From Lama glama (Eukaryota): DNA of 64,000 nt. How positions within the stretch are numbered: position 1 is the first letter of the stretch; each line of letters opens with the position of its first letter. Below the pieces are notes generated by a model that worked only from the letters and a program-made list of their open reading frames with translations, was not told where the DNA came from and did not search any database. The position numbers were made by a program, and so were the translations under genes. The DNA lies in contig CM052822.1 of the NCBI GenBank assembly GCA_028534125.1, forward strand, positions 78,058,001 to 78,122,000, in the 5' to 3' direction. Below are positions 37,231-49,890 of the stretch, piece after piece.

Positions 37231-39076
37231 CCGGCCGGGCGGTCCCACAGGAGCGCTCAGTACCTGAGCCGGAACCGCAGTGGGAACAGAACTACCAGGG
37301 TTAGGTAGAGAGCACACTGGAGGCTTTAAATCTGTTTAATACAGATTCAGCTCATTTCCTCGTCCGACTTGTTTTTTCTTACACGCCTAAAGCTCTGCAA
37401 ACCTTAGCCAGTCATGGTTTAAACTCAGCCCGCACACGACCATGGTGAGGAGAGATCTGATCTGAGAAACAAGGCCACAGCCCAAATTCACCTGGCGTCA
37501 GAAATCCGGGGCACGTGGGAAATGCTCCCTCGGCAGCCCTGACGTTTCTAGCCACCCTCACACCTTTGTTACGCGGACAAAGTGCTCAGATACGGGACGC
37601 ACTACTTAGTTTTATCTTAGCCGTGCTCCAAGAGCTCACGGAAGACAAGTTTGCCCAAAGGGCCACAGAAAAGCAACAGCCAGTAGCTCAGCACAAACTG
37701 AAAAGGTGAAAGTGGTCAACAGCCAAGCTGGCCCGGACCACGCGGACACACTCACACAAGCAAGGCACTGACGGAAATACAGGGCGTCTCCAAACACAAG
37801 CACGGCCACGTGGCGGGCGGGCGGTCGTAGTCCTAGGAGCACATCGCCCCCAAAGGTCGGAGGCACCGTCTCAGCTCTTTCGGACCACCTGGGTCCCGGG
37901 TACTGAATTTCCACAGCAGTCGTGCCTGGCTCCCAGACGACACAAACACGTTCCGTGAGAGCGTTGCAACCCGGAGTAACCGACGGGGCCAGTGCATTAA
38001 GGTACATTCCGACGGAGCCAAGGCGACATCAAGCTTGAGAAGGCCAGAACTCACGGGGGTGGAGGGCACACTGCACCGTGTGCCACCCCCTGCTCGTGCC
38101 CCGCAGCACCACGGGGGAGGGGAGCTCAGAACTTCCGGGAGAACCGCCCAGGGCTCAGGTCCCGCCTCTTCCACCCACCCGAGCAGGGCTCAGCACGACC
38201 TTAAACCCAGGACATGCACGGGACTTGCCACGGGCCCTAAGAGGGACGTCCCTCCCGGGCCAACCTTCCAGAGCTTCGAAAAATCTGAACGCTGCCTTTC
38301 TCCTGCTCCGAGTGACACTGAGCTCTAACCAGATGACGCTATAAACTTGGGATGTTCATCTGTGCCTTCGGCTCCGTGGGAAAAACCAAGACAAAGAGAC
38401 GTGCTTTCAGGCACTCCCAATAACCAACTGGGTCTGGTGCAGAGCCCGGCACATCCCAGATGGCCAGACGTCGTCTGTGGGATGGACGAGGGGAGCCCGG
38501 TCCGGAGTATGTGCCCCGGCTCCGCTGCCTCTGACTCGGCCCCCGCACCGAGGCTGGAGCTGCCCGCCGGACACATGGGCGTGCGTGACCACCAGCATCA
38601 CTCTGGAGACCACAGTGGGAGACACTGAGACGCGGCGGCCTCGCCAATGAGATCTTTTTGGAAAAATGGGTATCAGTGCTTCGTTTTACAGTTCTCTTCA
38701 ACAGTATTTACTTTTCCACAATCTTAAATCAAATAAACACTGAGAAGGGGGAAAGGCAGACCTCTGTGCTATCAAACAGACTTTAACCCTTTGTAGAATG
38801 TTCTCCTATAGTTTAATCTTTTTCAGCCTCACTTCTTTCCTCTGGCTAGCTGACCGACTCTCACCTGCGCCGGCATGTTTGGGAATATTGCACAATCGGT
38901 TCCTGGAACACACGAGCAGCTCTGGAGCCTATGAAATATTCATTCACTCTCAAAAATATTTGCACCCTGCTGTCAAACATGGACAAATTCACGTGGAGTA
39001 TCAGAAAATGGCCATTTTTTAATGGCAAATGCCTCCCTCAAACCTCTCTTTCCACTAAAACATTTTCCTCAAAATT

Positions 39077-39216
39077 NNNNNNNNNNNNNNNNNNNNNNNN
39101 NNNNNNNNNNNNNNNNNNNNNNNNNNNNNNNNNNNNNNNNNNNNNNNNNNNNNNNNNNNNNNNNNNNNNNNNNNNNNNNNNNNNNNNNNNNNNNNNNNNN
39201 NNNNNNNNNNNNNNNN
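39077..39216. other. Assembly gap (140 N)
   Basis: Run of n. Confidence 1.
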
Positions 39217-40713
39217 AAGGGTAAATTGCATGGAAGTCTGACGCATAAGGCGGCTTTGATACATCTCGAAATGCAATTTCCATAGCTTCCCTTGGCTATG
39301 TACAATTAATTATACAGCTAATAAGGGAAATATGTTAATGAAAGAAACATTATTCATCCAGACCACCTGCCTTTACCAAATATCTTTTGTGTGTTTCTCT
39401 TCTTTTTGTACTTTTGGTCTATAGACAGTAAAAAGGAAAAAAAACCCCTCACAATTGACAATGCAGTGATTTTCAACATCAGTCTGCCAGTCAGCTTCTA
39501 CTTCAATTAACACAAGTTGAAAGAAAAATTAATTCAACTTTATGACATTTCTACTAATTTCTGCCCTTTAAAATTTTAAAATATCTACCCTTGGCATTTT
39601 AAACTCCTGAAATAGCTGCTTATCAAACAAAGAATTACTATTAAATTGTCTTATTTCTACCAGTGACACACCCATCTTCATAGATAAATGGAAAACACTG
39701 GAAAACTTAGAAGAAACAGCGAGAAAGATGGAGAGATAAACCCCAATCATTCTAAATAAAATCTCCTCACTCATTTCTCATTCGTTTAAAGCCTCTGTGT
39801 TTAACAACAATTACATCCTCTCATTTTCTGGAAAAATCAAAGTTTGATTAGACGGTTTAGTGCAGAAACCAATGTTAACCTTTACAAAGAAAGTTAGTGT
39901 GTCTGAGGCCTTAACGTGGAAGAGAAACCAAACAGTTTAACAAGAAGAGTAAGCCGCCTGCAGAAAGCTACGTTTCTATTTCCTTGTCATGAATACGCAG
40001 ACCACGTGAAGGAGTGCACTTGCAAACGTTCACCTTACAACAAATTCTTATTAATATGAATCAGTACAAGTCTTCACTAATGAGAAAGTAAGAACTTGAC
40101 TCCAGCCGCAGCGATGCCTCTTTGGCATATGAAAAATACTTCCAACCATGAGTTATTCAGAAATTCCATTAATGTTCAAAACGCAACAGAAACCAACCTT
40201 GGATTCCAGAGTTGACAGGAAAGGAATCAGAGGAAAAAAGAGTCATGACGATGCAGTTCTAAGACAACCAACCCTGGAAGACGTTCTGATACAGTAACAA
40301 ATGCTCAGAGGAAACAGAAGCTCCAAGTGTCCCCACCGCCTCTGCCACGGGGGGTGGGCGCCCAGATGGGGAGTTGTGCGATGCAGAAGTCAACGACACC
40401 TTCGCTGGTGTTCAGAGAGTCGGGCAGTGCTGGCTTAAGAGCTTCTTCAAAAGCAGTTGTGAATAACGTTTCTGTACGTGCACCTGCAGATCCTGCGTGT
40501 AGAGGGCCATCCATGCACCCCTCCCCAACTCGACGGCTACCTACAAAACGCAATGGCCTATTCCAGGGCACGATCATGGGAGCAGACTCTAAGACCCAAC
40601 GCTTCACTACCACCAACCGACGTGAAACGGCCCAGAGGAGACAATTTTCACTCGAGAGATGACGACAGCCACTTAACAGGGAAACCTTTCAGGAAGAGGC
40701 AGGAGGAGGGAGG

Positions 40714-40726
40714 GTTGCCTGGCAAC
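40714..40726. promoter_or_regulatory. Perfect palindromic RFX X-box
   Basis: GTTGCC-T-GGCAAC; a second near match, GTTACCTAGGCAAG, lies at 40870-40883. Confidence 0.5.
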
Positions 40727-42699
40727 ACGCAGACCGCATCTCGTGCATCGTAAAGCAGGAGGGCTTTTCTTAGCAGCAGCCTTTCTTGTTCTGTACCAAT
40801 GATGTCCTCATTACGATTTTCTGATGAAGTTTTTAGGGAGAATAAAGAATTCTGGATGGTGCAGTAAAGGTTACCTAGGCAAGCAACACAGACGTGAATT
40901 TTCTCTCCTATACCCAGATGGGAAATGCTGGGTTCTGCATCCATTATTAGAAGATATTTGCAGAAGTTCTCGAAGTGCTCATTGGAAGGAGAATGTCTGG
41001 TTTTTAATTTCCCAAAACCAACAGGCTTCGCGCTCATGAGCAATAACACAAGAATGGAGGAACAGACATGGTACCACTGTTGAGAAGGTTCACCCGAGAC
41101 TCACAAAGCTACCTTCATCTTCTCACCAACTCCACTTGTAAGGAGGGAACGAAGCCTAGACGTCTCCTCTCTCTCCCCCAACCCTCCAACCAGCACTGAA
41201 ATAGCTTAAGTTCAGTGAAGAAAAAGGAGGAATGAACAATTCCAGAGGCAGTCACAGGAGCCACGAGTTGGCCGACGGACGTTCTTTATTCGATCGCTTG
41301 GAAGTGAGGAGCTCGAAGCAGAAGAGAGAAGAGTGTTGATCTTTCAAAAGTCATTTTCACTTTTTAGGGTGAAAAGTTAGAGATAAGACCGTCAAGTGTG
41401 TTTTTCAGCTTTTCCTAGTTCAGCTGCCAATCGTGCTGTGCACGGCCCCAACCCCACGCCCACGGCGCTCCAGGTTTGACGGGTGAAGAGGGAGGATGAT
41501 CAGATGTCAGCCTTCCTGCTCTTCTGCTCCAGCACAACCCAGATGCGGAGCCTGGAGCCCGCGCCTCCAGACGGCTGCCTTCATCACTGCAACACACGTG
41601 CCAGCTGGAATTTCTTCATGCCGCCCGCTGTTCGCATTTAGGGTCCACCCACCTGCCCACCTGCCTGCTGACCGAGGCACCTGTCAGTGCACATCCACAG
41701 CTGGCTCCTTTCGGACACGCAGGTGTGCAGGCACTTCCTGAAGCAAGGTGCCCCCTTGGCCCGTGTCCCGAGAGGGCAGTGTGGGAAGTGGCCTGGGTGA
41801 GGTCGCTGATCGCCCTCTTTGACCACAGGCAGCCACCGTGAGGTGTCCTTTGCTACGCAGAACATGAACGCTCTTAGACGTGACTGTCAGGGTGATGTGA
41901 AGTTAACTGGCAGCATCCATCTGCGCTGTGTGTGACCTGCACTGAGTCTCACGTTCCCAAAGTTGAGAGAGCAGGAGGACCCGAACGGCCTCCCCTACAG
42001 GACACCCAGAGCTGCGGGGCGAATGGCACAGCCGCCTCCCACAAAATAACGGCGCATCCTCAGGAACCCACATGAAGAGAGGAGTGAAGTGGGGGACACG
42101 CGACCTGAAGTCACTCAAGCCTTTGGGGGAGGGGCAGGGCACGGTGACTTCCTGTGCCTGAAACCCAGGGTCCTGGCTTCCACTGTCCACCAGGGGCCAC
42201 AGGGAAACCTGGCATGCAGGAGTGGGGGCTGGATGTGAGACCCCCACACAAACCAGCATGTGCAGGGGACCACGCTCTGGGTGGAGGGGCTGCCCGGCCA
42301 CCAGAAAGCTGCTCTGTCTCCACACGGACTCGAAATGGGAAGACAGCTGGACCCTGGGCCTCACCTAGGATGAGGCTCGAGTTTACAGTGCCGCCCTCGT
42401 TTGGGAGTCTCTGGGTGGGAACTGACATAAAGATGGTAGAGGCTTTATGACAGCCTGGAGTGGCTGGAAAATCAATCTCGAAACCCGTGTTCTAAGGTCA
42501 ACACTGCCAGCACAGAGAGAGGAGCCGGTGACCTGAAATGACAGGCCCCCCAGATGGCAAACACACCCAAGAGCAAGGCATTGATTCACAGGAACCCAGA
42601 AAACAGCAGTACTATGTGGAAACAGTCAGCTGCTGCACTCACAGAGGTGCAGGTGTGGAGGGGGAGCCGCAGTCCAAGGGCAGCACGGCAGGCAGGTGT

Positions 42700-43300
42700 G
42701 AAGGGGGCAGAACGCCGCACACGGCAAAGATGCTCCCGGAGACGACAGGCACAGCGGACGCACCGCACAGCAGGCCGGATGCTGCCGAAGAGACACAGGC
42801 ACGCCGGGCGGCAGGTCTGAGGGCGTCCCCCGGACGCAGGGCAGAGGGGCGGCCCAGCCGCACGGTGCGGGTGGGCAGCTGTTTCCAGAACTGACAGAAG
42901 ACAGGGTTTCCCTGACTCAGGAATCACAGGAAGTCTGGAGCAAGTATGTATGTGTGTGTAAATGTGCGTACAGTAGGGCCACACGCACCAAGACAGGGCG
43001 CGAGGACATCCCAGGACAACGAGGCGCAGACGGCAGGAAGGAGCAGCCCCGGGCCTGCGCCACAGCCTTTCAGCAGCTGCAGCGCTGGCGGCAAGGGAAC
43101 AGCGTTTGCAAAGTGACGAGAGAAAATCAGCTAGACGCCGATCCTTGTCTAACGTGCTGCGCAAGTCTGAGGATTAATTAAAGACGTTCTCAGACAAAGG
43201 CAGGGAGACCTTCCGACGGAAGGACTGAAAGAAGGGTGTATTTCTGGAAACAGGGACGTATTACCCAGAAGAAAGAACCGAGAAGCAAGGAGTGACGGCG
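42700..43300 (+). mobile_element. Old L1M ORF1-region relic, GC-shifted
   Basis: tttccagaactgacagaagac...gactcaggaatcacagg...gggaacagcgtttgcaaagtgacgagagaaaat...taaagacgttctcagacaaa follow L1 ORF1 blocks. Confidence 0.7.
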
Positions 43301-45705
43301 AAGGAAAGAAAACCCGGTACGACGAGGGCCGATCTGAACAAGTGCTACCACGAAAGTCAGGAGTAAAAACGGTTGATTCAAGGGTGTGAAAATAAGGCAA
43401 AACTAAAATCCTGGGCACCCACATGCTGCGTGTCAGAGTCACCACAAGTTCGGAGTGTCTGGGTCTATTTGGGACGCCGGCAGAGACGGTCACTTCAGAT
43501 CCTGTTCAGCTGTGCCTGGCAAGACCACCTGGACAAGTATGAGGCCGTAACTGCTGTGGCGTGGCGGGGAGAGGGCCTCGCCCGGCAGGAGTCAGGCGGC
43601 GGTGCCGCGCTCCCACGACGGGGCAGGGTCACTGGAGCCCCATGCGAGCCGCACACGCAGAAGGGCGCCTTTCCCACGCCTCTGACAGTGCGGCCACGGT
43701 CGTCTCCTTCCCTCACCTCCGGCACCTCTAACGCCAGCGATGTCTGGACGACACTCGAGCAAGCCGACAGGCTCTCCGGCAGCGGGCGCCCCCTCCTGAC
43801 AGCCGCGCTGCCATGCGGGCTCTGTGAGCAGCCGGGTTTCACGGGTGGGGAATCCCAGGCTGACGGTTCTGGGCTGCCCCAGGTGTCACCCCGGGGGCAG
43901 CGCTGGATTGGGGACCGTCTTTCAGCAGAGCCCCATGCTCTTCCCAGCATCTCTGGGCCCCCTTTCCTTCTGACTCGGGCGAGAAAACATCAGAGGACAG
44001 TGGTCGTCACCCGTTCAGTTCCCGCCTGTTTGTGACAAACGTCTCACCTTCTGGTAGGTGTGCTCAGGTAAGCGAGCAAACGAATCACCAGGCGTCACTT
44101 TCTTGTTCAAGAAACCGCAGGGGCCACATCCAGATGGACGCTGTGGGAACTTCTATCTCTCCCACCAGACGCGCATCCTGGGAGCGGAACCCGCGCTCCT
44201 GGAGGGGCTGTGATCTTTCCTGCTGTGCGTTCTGCCCCCGGCCCCCAGCCCCCGGCCCAGGACTGCTGCTCCACCTCGACCACAGCCGCGCTGGGATACC
44301 AACTCCGCCCCTCCCCAGGCTCCCTCCGCCTCCCCGACCCTCACGGGGCTGGAGGCGTCTCTGAGCAAAAGAACACGAATTGGCACTTGGCTGCGTCTTT
44401 CTAGCCATGCACCCCTTTTCACTTCAAATAGGCTGTAAACTTCTCAGGGCAAAACACTGACCGTCAACTTCACTCAGGAGATTTTTCCTGGACGCCTGCT
44501 ATGCCCAAGAGCAGCGCTACTCGCCGCAGGTGACACGGTGAGCAAAGCTGGGCCGTCCAAGAATGACTGGCGGGACGCCACGGCTTAATGCGATTTCAAA
44601 AGCTACATTTTATGTACTGTTAATTTTACACATGAATTTGTACCTGAACAATCAGAAGGCTCCATCCTGGGCCTGGACTAACCCTGCTGTCACTCTGTTC
44701 CCTGAAAGTCTCTCCAGCTGCCAGACCAGGAGGCGCCCAAGGGTCAGGAGAACGCGGCCTGTTCCGGTGTCTGGTCAGGTCCCGCCGGCCACGGGGACCT
44801 CAGGAAACATTTCTCGTTTGTATGTACGAATGGAGACCTTCCAAGCGCTTCGTGGACGCCACGTGGCGTTTCCTCCCCTCACAGCTGCAAACTCTCCATC
44901 ACATTCAGTGTCTGACATTCACGCTCATTCAGCAAATACTAATTGGATGCGTGATTCTCCTCACTCTAGGAGGTAAGGCATCCTGCATCGTTCTAACATT
45001 TCACACAGTAAGTCAAACCACACCCCTACTGAAAACACAGCAGTTCTGCTCCCCTCCCCACCCCTGGCGGTGAGAGACGGGCAGTGGAAGCCGCCCTCTG
45101 CGCCCACTTCAGCACCAAACCATTGTGAGCCACTGGCGTCACAGCTGCAAGGGGAGCTGTGTGGTGGGGACGGCCATGTGGGGCGGCAGCCGGGTCACAG
45201 CCCCCGCCGAGGGCGCCAGGCACCTAGGAGGGGCTGCAGATCATCTCGGTAGGGAAGCACCCGGCCCAGGGCCCCAGAGCCTGTGTCCGTGGGCTCGATC
45301 CCCTGCCACCTTCTCCCCGAGGGGCGCCCGGCCCCTCCCTCCCATACAGCGCCTGGCCCAGGGCCCAGCTCCTGGGGGAGAGACTGACCGGCCTGACCCC
45401 GTGACTGCCACGTGCACCCCGCCTTCCCCGAGGACGCTCCTGAGATACGCCTTCTCCCAGGGAAGGGTGGCGGGTGGAGGTCAGCCCCCAGGAAAGTGTG
45501 ACCTGCACCAGGGAAGTTGAGGTCCACCAGCCTCTGTGCCATCCCAGCCGGCCGTGCTCGGGGAGTGGGGGCCGCAGAGCAGACGCCCCAGAGTCCCCTC
45601 GGCAGTGTGACCCCCGCTCGGCCCCACAGTGCACGCGACCACAGAACATGACGTGGCCTCCAGCGGCGTCAAGCTACCGAAAACCCCGGCCCAAGCCTTG
45701 GTCCT

Positions 45706-46060
45706 TGCCACGGGCTGTGTCCCCCCGTTCACACGTTGGAGTCGTGACCCCCCACACTTCAGGACGTGGGTGTATTTGGAGACGGGCTTTAGAGAGGGGA
45801 TCACGGTGAAGTGAGGTATACAGGTGGGCCCTGACCCAGTGCGACTGGCGTCCTTATAAGAGGAGGAGATCGGAACGCAGACAACACAGAGGGACGCCCG
45901 TGTGAGGACATGGGGGAAGACGGCTGTCTGCACGCCAAGGATGAGGCCTCAGGAGGAACCAGCCCTGCTACACCTGCATCTGGGACTTCCAGCCCCCAGG
46001 ACGGGAGACAATGAGATTCTGTCATTTAAGCCACCCTGTCTGCCTGAGCCAACCAAGACC
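45706..46060 (+). mobile_element. MLT1A/B-type MaLR solo LTR
   Basis: tgccacgggctgtgtcccccc...gtatttggagacggg...gtgggccctgacccagtgcgactggcgtccttataagaggaggaga...gaggcctcaggaggaaccagccctgc...tttaagccaccc. Confidence 0.9.
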
Positions 46061-46519
46061 GGTCCCTTGAGGCCCAGAGACCCCACAACAGCCAGGCGCT
46101 CCTCCCCCAAGAGCCACTTCCCTGTGACATCACCAGGCAGGTTAGTTTTGGAAGCCGTAACAACACTCTGCCGTCCCAGAGCACTGGCGCTCAATTCTCA
46201 CGCACAGGAAACACAGGCTCGGGGCAGTCAGCCGGCCAGCCTTCCAGCCAGGTCACTCATCCCTGTGGGATGTCCAGAGGGTCCCTGCCTCTCTCACGAC
46301 GACCGTGGCTGGCTGTCACATGTGGACTGGTCACTGGGCACACAGGACAGACAAGAGCAGGCTGGTTTCACAATGACACGTTCCGTGAACCCCCGTTGGC
46401 GTCCACACCTGCTGACCTGTAACTACGTGCAGAGCTTCCACTCTGGGGTCGTGGCCCCCCACCCTGAGGGACACTTCTGAAATCACTCTTGGAAGGAACA
46501 ATAAGTGGCTCCCAAAGCT

Positions 46520-47420
46520 ATGAAAAATCACGTGTGGCCAGAGAAATGTAAACTAAACTACTCTGAAATAGCACTTCCACTCACCGGTGGAAGGTCAAAG
46601 TCGGCCAACACCCAGCTGGGGAGGGTCTGGGGACACGGGTGTCATTTTCTGCAGAGCTGGTGGGAGTGTCAGGTCGTCCACGTTTTGGCAGGAAGCCTGG
46701 CGATACCTCTCAGGATACACACTAAGCACCCTCGATGACCCAGGGTCTTACTTCCAGAAATTCAGCCTACAGTCATCCTTACGTACGCTGTGACGGAGTG
46801 GTGACGTTTGAACACTGGCTCAGTCACCTTGAATCATGTACAATAAACAAACCGCTGTTCACTAAACAGCAGAATAACACAGACTGTCCAGACGAGCGCG
46901 GGCACGCGCTCCGTGGGGCCACCTCCCAGACGCCGCGGCACCGGGAGGCTGTGCACGGCTCCGGGCAGCGACGCCGGCTCTGCGCGAGGGCCTGGGGTCC
47001 CGGACGTCGGAACAGACCGGAAGACACGCTCTCCACCACTACTTCCCACCAGGTCGTCATGAAAACGTCTCCATTAACACAAACACAAAACACAACCCTC
47101 GAACCTGGGCGGCTGGGACTCAAACAACAGGAAAACGCTAAGAAAACCGTAAATTTAGGCCACTGTAAACTTGCTTTTAGGAAGATGCAGGATTTAAAGC
47201 TGGACATCACTCTTTTTTATAATTCATTTTTAATGGAGGTCCTGGGGATTGAACCCGGGACCTCACGCATGCGAGGCAAGTACTCTGCACTGAGCTCTAC
47301 CCCACCCCCAGCCCCAGGGCATTACTCTCAGTTTGGAGATGGGCAGATGAACGCCCTCCTGTGAGGGTGAAAATGGGGAAGGCGGGGTATAGCCCTGAAC
47401 TCCAAGGGGGGGCAGAGCAG
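46520..47420 (+). mobile_element. Old L1 (L1ME-like) ORF2-end/3' UTR relic interrupted by a SINE
   Basis: cagagaaatgtaaactaaactactctgaaatagcactt...gctggtgggagtgtcag...cctcgatgacccagg...cttccagaaatt. Confidence 0.65.
47213..47310 (-). mobile_element. tRNA-Ala-derived SINE with target-site duplication
   Basis: Reverse complement: ggggtagagctcagtgcagagtacttgcctcgcatgcgtgaggtcccgggttcaatccccaggacctccattaaaaat. Flanked by ggacatcactc (47202-47212) and gggcattactc (47317-47327). Confidence 0.9.
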
Positions 47421-48779
47421 GGTCCCGATTCTGATTAAACACCTACGGTGCTCCAGGCACCCGCCGGGCACCGCCACACACTGTCTGGTCTGAGTAACCG
47501 GGCCTCCCCGAGCAGTTAGAAGCGGGTGTGGACTCGCTCCATGGCAGCTGTTTCCAGGCTGGAGAGGCGGTGACTTGGGTGAGAAAGTGCACAGACACAG
47601 GAGGCTCTAGAAAAGCCTCCAAGCCTGTGAGACGCCATGACTCAGGTTGGGGCTGAGCCCAAGGCCAGGGCCGCCGTTGGGAGCTCAGGCTGACTCTACC
47701 CGAACTGGACTCTGCTGATGGCCTGGCTCTTAAGTGTGTCCCCGGTTCATCTGAGTGGGAATTTCTCACCCCTGCCTGCTCCTCTGACCCCGACTCATCT
47801 CAGGCCCACCTTCCTGCTCTGGAGACTCAGCGCAGCCCAGGACCTCTGACCTGACACCTCTATGTGGTGTGGCCTGGAAGGCTCCCCATGGCCACCCCCA
47901 AAGTGCTGTCACCCCACGCCCACCAGGCAGGGAGAGCTGGGGGCTGCGGGCCTCTGCTTTGATGCGTTTGAGCTGTTTCACTCCCAGGAAGCCTCTGTCT
48001 CAGTAGCAGGACGTGGTCAAACAGCAGGAAACCGCTTCCAGGCAAGAGTGTGCTGCTCCGAGCATGAACCACAGAGACCAGCACCGCCAGTGGGAGCCAC
48101 AGCCTCGGAGCTCCATGTCTGAGGATGTGGTTCCCCAGCGGCAGGGAGACCCCGGCTCAGATGGACTCGAAGCCCCTGCCACCACTGGTGTCAGAGAGCG
48201 GGTGCACGGCTGCAGGGAGCCCAGCCCAGGCACCTTCACCACCAGGACAGTGGCCAGCTGAGCCACAGACACACGTGCAGGCCACAGAGAGCAGGGCTGG
48301 GGAGAGCACGGTGAGGAACTGTGGAGCCGCCCCCTTTTAGAAACACAGGTGCTGCAATGAAAGATGGAGACACGGGAACCGGGGGCCCCCAACGGAACCT
48401 CTGCTTCTGTTCCATTCCTGTGGCTTCCAGGAAGAGGCGTCTGCTTCCTGGTTAAACAACTGACTCATACCATCAATGGGTATAAAAGTGTAAGTTAAGG
48501 AGAGAGAAGACGACCAGAGAGAGAGCTCCCTCAAAGTGCAAGGGTCAAAAAAGGCTCTTCCTTGTGAGACTCCAGGCGTGCAGAGGCGGCCGCCCGTGGG
48601 GAGGCCACGAGTCCTGCGGGCCGGGCTGCGAGGTCGGAGGGGCCCAGCTCCGCCAGCACGTGGCCAGGTCCACCACGGCCGCCTGGTCCTCACCCTCCGT
48701 GGGCCCTCAGCCACCACGTCCCCAAACACTCCCGCTTCCGTCAGCTTCTTCTCTTCTGGGGCCATGGAAAGCCGTGGGT

Positions 48780-48915
48780 GTGAGGCTGCGATGTTGTGAC
48801 TTTTCAGGGATTTATCTCACTGCTCTTGGTTTTGTTGCCTTCATCTGTGAAATGGGCTAAAACAGTTCCTCCTCCACGGTTTCCTAGGGCAGTGCTGTTA
48901 CGTAAATGCTCAGCG
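48780..48915 (+). mobile_element. MIR fragment
   Basis: tgtgacttttcaggg...ccttcatctgtgaaatgggctaaaacagttcctcctccacgg. Confidence 0.7.
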
Positions 48916-49238
48916 ACGCTCTTTCCTGTTTTATCGTATTTTCCAAGAATAAAAGGGACGCAGAGATTCAGCCCAGACCCTCCCCTGCATCATGGATGAA
49001 GATGTCGGCCCCTCCAGCTACACGGCCCTGTGCTTGGCGGCCGGCGCCCGAGGAATCAGGGCCTCAGGACCGCCATCTGCCCTCGGTGTCGCCCACGAAG
49101 CCGTCAGGCTGACACGTCAGCCTCTGAAAACAAATGTGGTTTAGAAACAGATCTTCTCGAGAGGTAATTCAGAGGTGATGCTTCGCCTCACAAAAGGAGG
49201 CACAGCTCTTAAGTCATGTCCTGGTCGCATGTTTAAGG

Positions 49239-49290
49239 CACGACATTGTAAACTTACTATACCTCAATAAAAATATATTAAAAAAAAACC
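49239..49290 (+). mobile_element. Extremely 5'-truncated L1 tail
   Basis: acgacattgtaaacttactatacctcaataaaaatatattaaaaaaaaa; same terminal motif as the L1 ending at 36143. Confidence 0.7.
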
Positions 49291-49387
49291 CCCCAAAACA
49301 ACGAAGTTGACGACAGTTCCACAAAGTCAGTCGAACGAGGCCTCCTGTTTCCGGAGCGCTGCTCCGAGCCCGATCGGACGTGGCCCT

Positions 49388-49401
49388 GTTGCCTTGGAAA
49401 C
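49388..49401. promoter_or_regulatory. RFX X-box-like site
   Basis: GTTGCC-TT-GGAAAC. Confidence 0.4.
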
Positions 49402-49802
49402 CGACAGGCTTATCGCTGGGGCTGTTTCCCTTCCCGTCTCCTCCTCCCGGCAACGCTGGTCCTTCTGCAAACGCCGCGGGGCCGCCACCACGCACAGGGC
49501 CCTGCGCCCGGTGCGGCCTCGACTCGCTGAGGGAGGGGCCACGGTCACAGCCTCCCGGAGACCGCCCCCCCCAGAGCACCTCCCCGTGCGCCCGGGGCTG
49601 CTGGTTTCCGGGGCACGAGACGCTTTCCGTGTGGAGAAGGCCCTGTTCTCCCATAGTTTCATCAAAGGAAAACTGGTTTGTTTTTCCCAGTGATCCTTTC
49701 TGGTGGATCTACAGTTGGAGACAGCGACGCCGGGGAGGTTCCACGATGCATGGCACCTCTCAGGCCATCGAGTTCAACCCTCGCGGGGGCCCTCGCAGGA
49801 GG

Positions 49803-49890
49803 CACTGCTCCTAAGCCCATTTGGCAGATGAGAAAACAGAAGTCGAAGGGCTTGTCCCGGGACACGGACCCAGCGAGCGGCTCAGCTTCC
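49803..49890 (-). mobile_element. MIR fragment
   Basis: cccatttggcagatgagaaaacagaag...gcttgtcccgggacac. Confidence 0.65.

Noticed and set aside
38931-39305. ORFs containing runs of X
   Set aside because: Artefacts of translating the N gap.
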